From positions 750,001 to 782,000 of the forward strand of contig CP064992.1 in the NCBI GenBank assembly GCA_016699935.1: a stretch of DNA of 32,000 nt, given 5' to 3'. This DNA comes from Candidatus Saccharimonadota bacterium (lineage in GTDB: Bacteria > Patescibacteriota > Saccharimonadia > Saccharimonadales > UBA4665). The notes below the pieces were generated by a model. It was not told the DNA's origin. It saw only the letters and a list, made by a program, of their open reading frames with translations, and did not search any database. Positions 26,700 through 32,000 of the stretch are shown in pieces. The stretch's first letter is position 1; each line of letters opens with the position of its first letter. The position numbers were made by a program, and so were the translations under genes.

Positions 26700-27304
26700 T
26701 TCACGAAAATTGGGCCTACGTGGCTGCTGCGATAAATGTGTTGGGCACGATTTCGTATGTGGTAGCGGTGTTTCAGGGTAAAGCACGACCAAATCGCGTA
26801 ACGTGGGGTGTGCTAACGATCGCGCCGATGATAGCGTTTGCCTCGATGTTGTCACAGGGTGTTAGCGTAGCACAGAGTATAGTGACATTTAGCTTTGGGT
26901 TTTCGCCGTTCATGATTTTTGTCTCAAGCTATCTAGTGAAACATCCGGCTTGGCAGATTAAACGCTTTGACATTGTATGTGGCGCGCTCTCGCTACTTGG
27001 TCTACTTCTGTGGTGGTTTACGGGGGAAGGGAACGTCGCAATCGTGTTTAGTATAGTGGCTGATGCCCTGGCATTTTTACCGACGCTCGTTAAAGCTTAT
27101 TACCACCCGGAAACAGAAAGTCCGTGGACGTTCATGGCAAGCGAGCTTGCAACTATCATGGGGCTAATGACGGTCACCATGTGGAATTTTGAGCATGTCG
27201 CTTTTCAGGTTTACATATTGTGTGCAAATATTGTCGCAATAGTATTCATTTATTTCCGTTTTGGGGTATGGCTCGAGAAGCGGAGAAAACACAAAACATT
27301 ATAA
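26696..27304 (+). CDS. Integral membrane protein of unknown function (about 6 TM helices)
   Basis: Intact 202-aa hydrophobic ORF. It overlaps the previous stop (ATGA). I could not make a confident family assignment. Confidence 0.6.
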   Translation: MIHENWAYVAAAINVLGTISYVVAVFQGKARPNRVTWGVLTIAPMIAFASMLSQGVSVAQSIVTFSFGFSPFMIFVSSYLVKHPAWQIKRFDIVCGALSLLGLLLWWFTGEGNVAIVFSIVADALAFLPTLVKAYYHPETESPWTFMASELATIMGLMTVTMWNFEHVAFQVYILCANIVAIVFIYFRFGVWLEKRRKHKTL

Positions 27305-27326
27305 TAATATTGTAATGTTTTGTGTT
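27288..27326. promoter_or_regulatory. 14-bp inverted repeat between the membrane gene and the TA operon (terminator and/or antitoxin operator)
   Basis: aacacaaaacatta (27288-27301) pairs with taatgttttgtgtt (27313-27326) across an 11-nt AT loop. It spans the stop codon at 27302-27304 and lies 13 nt upstream of the antitoxin start. Confidence 0.5.
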
Positions 27327-27338
27327 GTGTGGTAGCAT

Positions 27339-27566
27339 ATGGGTATGATGTTTACGACAGTACAGAAAGCTATCAAAATCGGGACAAGTCGCGGTGTTAT
27401 TTTGCCTGCAAAAGAGCTGAAAAGACTTGGCGTCGCCGAAAACGATGAGCTCGAACTAGTTGTTCGTAAAAAAACCGCTGCGGTCACAAACGAAGAACTT
27501 ATGGCAACCGCCGAAGGAATAATGACCAAATACCGTAAGGCGTTTAAAAATCTCGCTGAGCGATGA
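27339..27566 (+). CDS. AbrB/MazE/SpoVT-fold antitoxin (partner of Doc)
   Basis: VQKAIKIGTSRGVILPAKELKRLGVAENDELELVV is a swapped-hairpin AbrB-type motif. The stop overlaps the toxin start (ATGA 27563). Confidence 0.75.
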   Translation: MGMMFTTVQKAIKIGTSRGVILPAKELKRLGVAENDELELVVRKKTAAVTNEELMATAEGIMTKYRKAFKNLAER

Positions 27567-27958
27567 GCTTCAGATCACTTACAATTGAGCAGCTTTTAAT
27601 GCTGCACGCATATGTGCTTGCAGAAACGGGTGGTGGTGATGGTCTACGTGATGTAGGTCGTTTGGAAGCGGCGATCGCAACGCAAACGCAGGAAGTCTTT
27701 GGGTCGGAGCTGTACGCGACAGTCTATGTAAAAGCTGCTGCCATAGTACGTGGGATTGTGGCTGACCATCCATTTATAGATGGAAATAAGCGAACGGCTA
27801 TGCTTGCTGGTCTTACATCCATGGGTATCAACGGTATAAAGCTAGAGTCGACAAATCAAGCGCTGGAGGATTTTGCGGTAAGGGTAGCGGTGGAGCATTT
27901 GAGCGTCGAGACCATCGCAGAGTGGCTAGAGGCGCATAGTCAGGGAATGACGGCGTGA
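27563..27958 (+). CDS. doc: Death-on-curing (Doc) family toxin, Fic fold
   Basis: HPFIDGNKRTAM matches the Doc variant of the Fic motif, HxFx(D/N)(A/G)NKR. The protein is 131 aa. Confidence 0.85.
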   Translation: MSFRSLTIEQLLMLHAYVLAETGGGDGLRDVGRLEAAIATQTQEVFGSELYATVYVKAAAIVRGIVADHPFIDGNKRTAMLAGLTSMGINGIKLESTNQALEDFAVRVAVEHLSVETIAEWLEAHSQGMTA

Positions 27959-28475
27959 AGTCGATAGTCCTGGGGGGAGGGTGTTTTGGTGCACAGAAGC
28001 GATTTTTAAACGAGTTGAAGGTGTATTAAGTGTTGTGCCAGGCTACGCTGGTGGCGATGATGCCGAACCCTACATATGAACAAGTATGTGGTGGTAAAAC
28101 TGGTCATGCCGAAGTGGTAAAGGTAGAATATGACAATACAAAAGTAACGCTAGAGCGCTTGCTGTACATCTTTTTGCCACGCACGATCCGACCACACCAA
28201 ACAAGCAGGGCGCGGACGTCGGGACGGAATACCGTTCAATTATTTTATACACTGAAAAGGCCGATGCGGTAAAAGCTCAATCTGTTATACACGAGCTCCA
28301 GGGAGAAACCGCAGCTGCTATTGTGACCGAAATTGCACTGCTAGAGACATTTTATGAAGCTGAGGCGTACCACCACAATTACTTCGAGGAGCACCCCTGA
28401 ACAAGCCTATTGCCAGATGGTTATCAACCCAAACTCGACAAATTGCGAAAGTTTCTGCGCGATTATCCCGGTTGA
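27955..28475 (+). pseudogene. msrA: Peptide-methionine (S)-S-oxide reductase MsrA, frame-broken (at least 4 switches)
   Basis: VKSIVLGGGCF then, after adding one T to the T4 run 27984-27987, ..[26 protein letters not shown]. Further on: [79 protein letters not shown]. The stop is at 28473-28475. Confidence 0.8.
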
Positions 28476-28515
28476 TTAGCTATAATGAAATCATATAAAA
28501 AGAGAGGCTTTAAGA

Positions 28516-28818
28516 ATGATAGCAAAATGGAATGGTCAAGTTATTGCCGAGGCCGAAAAGGATGAGTTGATATATATAGAGGGGAACTGGTATTTTCCGC
28601 CGACGGCGATTAAAAAGGAGTTCTTCATACCGTCCGAAACCCATACTACTTGCGCCTGGAAGGGTGAGGCTAGCTACTATAATGTCGTAGTTGGTAGCGA
28701 ATCAAATAATGATGCTGCTTGGTATTACCCAGTGCCAAAAGACGGTTCGATCGAACGCGTCCATAAAGATTACACAAATTATGTGGCCTTTTGGCGAGGA
28801 GTGGAAGTTAATGGATAA
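28516..28818 (+). CDS. DUF427 domain protein
   Basis: The 100-aa sequence ...GNWYFPPTAIKKEFFIPSETHTTCAWKGEASYYNVVV...AAWYYPVPKD...VAFW fits the DUF427 pattern as I remember it. Confidence 0.65.
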   Translation: MIAKWNGQVIAEAEKDELIYIEGNWYFPPTAIKKEFFIPSETHTTCAWKGEASYYNVVVGSESNNDAAWYYPVPKDGSIERVHKDYTNYVAFWRGVEVNG

Positions 28819-29979
28819 CGATTGGGATTCGGTACAGCTCAGAAAAATAGCTGCGGAGCAGGGGACGCCGCTGTTTGTTTATTCGCGGCAGCTACTAGTA
28901 GATCGGGCAAACCAAATCGCTAAGCTAGAGCTACCATTTGGTTACACGCCTCGTTATGCCATGAAAGCCAATAATCACCCAGAAATTATACGAATGTTTC
29001 ACGAACTTGGGTTGCATTTCGACGCAAGCTCAAGCTACGAGGCGAGTGAATTATTAGCACAAGGAATCCCAGGTGAAAGTATCAGCTTGTCGAGCCAACA
29101 GCCCGCACATAATTTGGAAGAATTTTGCAAGCGGGGGTAAATATGTGGCGACTTCTATGCATCAACTAGAATTGGTTTTGCAAGAAAACAATGCCCACAA
29201 CAGATAGGACTACGTGTCAATCCCGGTATTGGGGCAGGACACAATAATAGGCTGATGACAGGTGGAGCGAATAGTAGCTTTGGACTGTGGAATGCCTATG
29301 TACCCGAGGCGCTACAACTAGCTAATAAAAATGGGGTGAAGATTGATCGGCTGCATGTTCATATTGGTTCTGGGGCAGACCCGAAAATGTGGGGTAAAAT
29401 ACTCGAAACAGCGCTCGGTATAGCAGAAATAATGCCAGATGTAACTAGTCTCGATTTGGGAGGGGTTTCAAAATACATCGCTACGGCGATGAACATGAAG
29501 CTGATATGGAAGCTATCGCAGCTGAAATTAGCCATCACCTGCAGATATTTGCTGATAAAACGGGTCGAAAACTGCAGATGGAGCTTGAGCCGGGCACCTG
29601 GCTGGTTGGTCATGCCGGAGTTCTGCCGGCAAAAATAGTTGATATAGTCGATACCGGTGCAGACGGCCATACGTTTTTACGGCTTAATACCGGTATGAAT
29701 GATTTTGCTAGGCCAGGTATGTACGGTGCGCAGCACATCATCGCAGTACTAAATGATGCGATTGATACTCAAGAGTATGTCGTCGTGGGTCACAACTGTG
29801 AAACTGGTGATATCATCACTCCGGCAGCCGGTGACCCAGAGGGGATTGAGTCTCGCGAGCTTAGGCAAGCTAATATTGGTGACGTAGTAGTTATCTATGA
29901 TACGGGCGCCTACTGTCGGACGATGTCTCATAAAGGATACAATAGTTTCCCAAGTGCTAAAGAAATATTCATAGATTAA
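28811..29979 (+). pseudogene. PLP-dependent Orn/DAP/Arg decarboxylase family enzyme (lysA-like), frame-broken (at least 3 switches)
   Basis: GTPLFVYSRQLLVDRANQI..YAMKANNHPEIIRMFHELGLHFDASSSYEASELL (with the PLP Lys in YAMKAN), GLRVNPGIGAGHNN, LHVHIGSGADP, SLDLGGG-like, ELEPGTWLVGHAGVL and VVGHNCETGDII..GAYC chain across ORFs 28691-29140, 29255-29638 and 29506-29979. Confidence 0.65.
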
Positions 29980-29993
29980 CGTATAATACTAGA

Positions 29994-30643
29994 ATGAAGA
30001 GTGGGCAAGCGAACGAAAGCCATAAGATAAGACTGTTACGAAAACATCCTGTGTTATGTTTGATACTTTTCTGTACGGCAGTTATTTTATGGTGGCCGAC
30101 AGTTTATACCAATCTCGTAACACGCTCTGAGCGGTTTGAGCTAAGCCGCTATTCTATGCAAAAGCTACCAAAAAGACTACGGCATTGTGCTAGGCGCGGG
30201 TTTAAAAACTCTGGCACCGAACCATCACCATATTTACAGTGGCGAATAGAAACAGCCGTCAAGCTGTACCAAGCAGGTAAGGTACACAGGCTACTAATGA
30301 CCGGCGATGGTAGCTATGCAGATCACGACGAGCCAAACATTATGAAAAAGGTAGCTCTGGAGCTTGGTGTGCCGGAAAATGATATTGAGGTTGATAAATT
30401 TGGCTTTGATACCTATGATTCCTGCGTTCGGGCACACGATAGGCGTGAGGTAAAAGCGCCATCGTGGTGACCCAGGGCTACCACCTGCCCAGAGCTGTTT
30501 ACACGTGCCAATCTGCTGGAATTGACACGATTGGCGTAAATGCTCAAACTGGATCGGGTAGGTCGGTTTCGGCCTATGATGTCTTTCGGGAATGGCTGTC
30601 TACGGATAAACTATTTGTTCAACTTTTGAAAAATAAAGTATAA
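29994..30643 (+). pseudogene. SanA/YdcF (DUF218) family membrane protein, frame-broken (at least 2 switches)
   Basis: It has a TM anchor, then ..PSPYLQWRIETAVKLYQAGKVHRLLMTGDGSYADHDEPNIMKKVALELGVPENDIEVDKFGFDTYDS. It continues in another frame as VVTQGYHLPRAVYTCQSAGIDTIGVNA..REWLSTDKLFVQLLKNKV up to stop 30641-30643. Confidence 0.6.
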
Positions 30644-30746
30644 AAATCTTCTGTTTGCGTGTGCAAAATAAGGAATTTTACAGATATGATTACAACAAAG
30701 CGTATAATACTTGATTGCTCCCAAACAAAATGAGGAAGACAATAAA

Positions 30747-31244
30747 ATGAGCAAAACTATTACTGTAATTGACACACTGCAGAACTACCAATACCAGCTG
30801 GATGCCCCAGAGGGACGGCAATTTGCTGATGATTTCAAGCCAGACTTAACGCCACGACAAATGCTGGAGCTGGGGGTTTTTAGCCACTATTTTGAGGGTG
30901 AGCAGGCAGAGTTTCCCGCAAAATGGTTTGCACATGCGCGACTATCAGCTATTCACGACCCCAAAATAAACTACTTTCAGGTAGATGCTAGCCAGACTAG
31001 GGAGGAATGGCAGCGAAAGGGTTGGATATATGCCGAAGATCCCAGGGGATGGTTCCAGTGGTACTGCCGATATTATTTGGGTCGCCGGATCCCAAGTGAA
31101 GACACCAGACAGATCAACAGATGGAAAAACATGTCACGGCACGTTTCCCAGGTGAAAAAGTACTGTAAAGCCGGTGATGAACTGTGTCGCCCGCGTCAGC
31201 GCCAAGCATTGTTACATTGGGCATATGACAGCCGCAAACTATAG
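30747..31244 (+). CDS. Conserved hypothetical cytoplasmic protein
   Basis: The ORF is intact, with GAGGAAG 8 nt upstream of ATG 30747. Strong protein-like blocks are present (DPRGWFQWYCRYYLGRR, RQALLHWAYDSR), but I cannot name the family. Confidence 0.7.
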   Translation: MSKTITVIDTLQNYQYQLDAPEGRQFADDFKPDLTPRQMLELGVFSHYFEGEQAEFPAKWFAHARLSAIHDPKINYFQVDASQTREEWQRKGWIYAEDPRGWFQWYCRYYLGRRIPSEDTRQINRWKNMSRHVSQVKKYCKAGDELCRPRQRQALLHWAYDSRKL

Positions 31245-31304
31245 TAAACGAGGGTAGTTTAAAAGACGTAAGGTGTGTACAATAGTTGGAAAAGAGGAGC
31301 AAGA

Positions 31305-32000
31305 ATGGCGACGAAAAATAATCGGTCTTTGAGTAATAAAAATATGGGACAGAAACTACGTCCTTTACAGAGATTTGCAATGTTTTTCTTTAGCCGTTCG
31401 AAACTGACGGCCGCTATGGCTCTGACGATTGCAGCCTTCGGTGTGCTGAGTTATACGACATTGCTGAAACGAGAAGGCTTCCCACCAATTAGTGTGCCTT
31501 ATGCCATTGGTCAGGCTACTTATTTTGTGAATGATGCCAGTCAGGTTGACCGTGAGCTAGCCAAACCAGTCAGCGAATTTCTGATGAAGCAGTCAGACGT
31601 CAAGACGGTCCAGACCAACAGCTTGGGCAATTTTGCGACGGTAATCGTACAGTACAAAGAAAAACAGATTCGACCGGTCGTAGTCTGGCTCTGCAAAAGC
31701 CATGGTTGAAAAGGGTATATTGCCAGCTGGAGCAAAACTAAAGTTTGAAGCAGCACGATTTGGTTTTACCGAGCGTGGCGATGATGCAGTTGTGTCCTTT
31801 TTCTCGACAAAAAATGCTGCTTTACCAGAACCAGATCTTGTCCCGGCTGCCTCACAGGCTGCCAAGTTTATAAAAGATCAAAAGCTAAGTTTTGTTAAGG
31901 ACGCTTCGATCATTAACCCTATCGAGCAAGCGCAAAATCCCATTACAGGTGAGACCCAAAATGTCCAGAGCCGTTTCGAAAGATTTGGTGAGCGTTCTGG
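31305..32000 (+). CDS. RND/MMPL-superfamily efflux permease, N-terminal part (continues beyond the window); one frameshift near 31670-31700
   Basis: AGAGGAG lies upstream of ATG 31305. TM1 (LTAAMALTIAAFGVLSYTTL) is followed by REGFPPISVPYAIGQATY.., typical of the RND periplasmic porter start. The reading frame changes near 31680 and stays open to the window end. Confidence 0.65.

Overview
The window looks like 32 kb of bacterial chromosome. Compact gene spacing and the gene content suggest a small-genome Patescibacteria/CPR (Saccharibacteria-like) organism, but that is inference only. All calls come from reading the sequence and ORF translations by eye; no searches were run. The layout is as follows. 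(1) 1-7010 is a cell-envelope cluster: ftsE-ftsX, a coiled-coil/CHAP hydrolase, an Ig-repeat/C39-like peptidase, a FemAB-type transferase and an S41 protease. (2) 7282-8889 is pyrG behind a long leader hairpin. It is followed by about 600 nt of non-coding DNA (8890-9515) with REP-like GC hairpins and a candidate minus-strand structured RNA that ends in a clean intrinsic terminator. (3) 9516-10876 is a CheY-like receiver plus an orphan carrying a PRTase-like motif. (4) 11411-12561 is the most unusual locus. The last 20 codons of rpmA (L27) are present twice, bracketing an ~0.9 kb cassette. The cassette carries a PaaX-like (wHTH + Cas2-fold) gene flanked by two copies of a palindrome, one of them a perfect 34-nt palindrome. 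(5) 12818-20339 holds housekeeping genes (a yhhQ-like gene, an RNA methylase, a UPF0104 protein, xseAB, a SAM MTase, recO) plus a degenerate kinase-like / pseudo-receiver pair. (6) 20340-21051 is an unexplained ~700 nt spacer with an orphan 194-codon ORF. (7) 21052-25300 contains glyQS, an NYN-domain gene and rnhA, all heavily frame-broken, then AT-rich DNA with two orphans, one of which has a PD-(D/E)xK-like motif. (8) 25570-32000 contains VKOR, a YbaK/ProX-like gene, an AbrB-Doc toxin-antitoxin pair, msrA, DUF427, an Orn/DAP decarboxylase-family gene, a sanA-like gene, a conserved hypothetical and the start of an RND permease. About half of the genes are interrupted by frameshifts. Every break I could resolve sits in a homopolymer run, which points to uncorrected long-read indels, but the 21.05-23.7 kb block is much more damaged than the rest. 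I found no rRNA, no convincing tRNA, no CRISPR array and no transposase or integrase.
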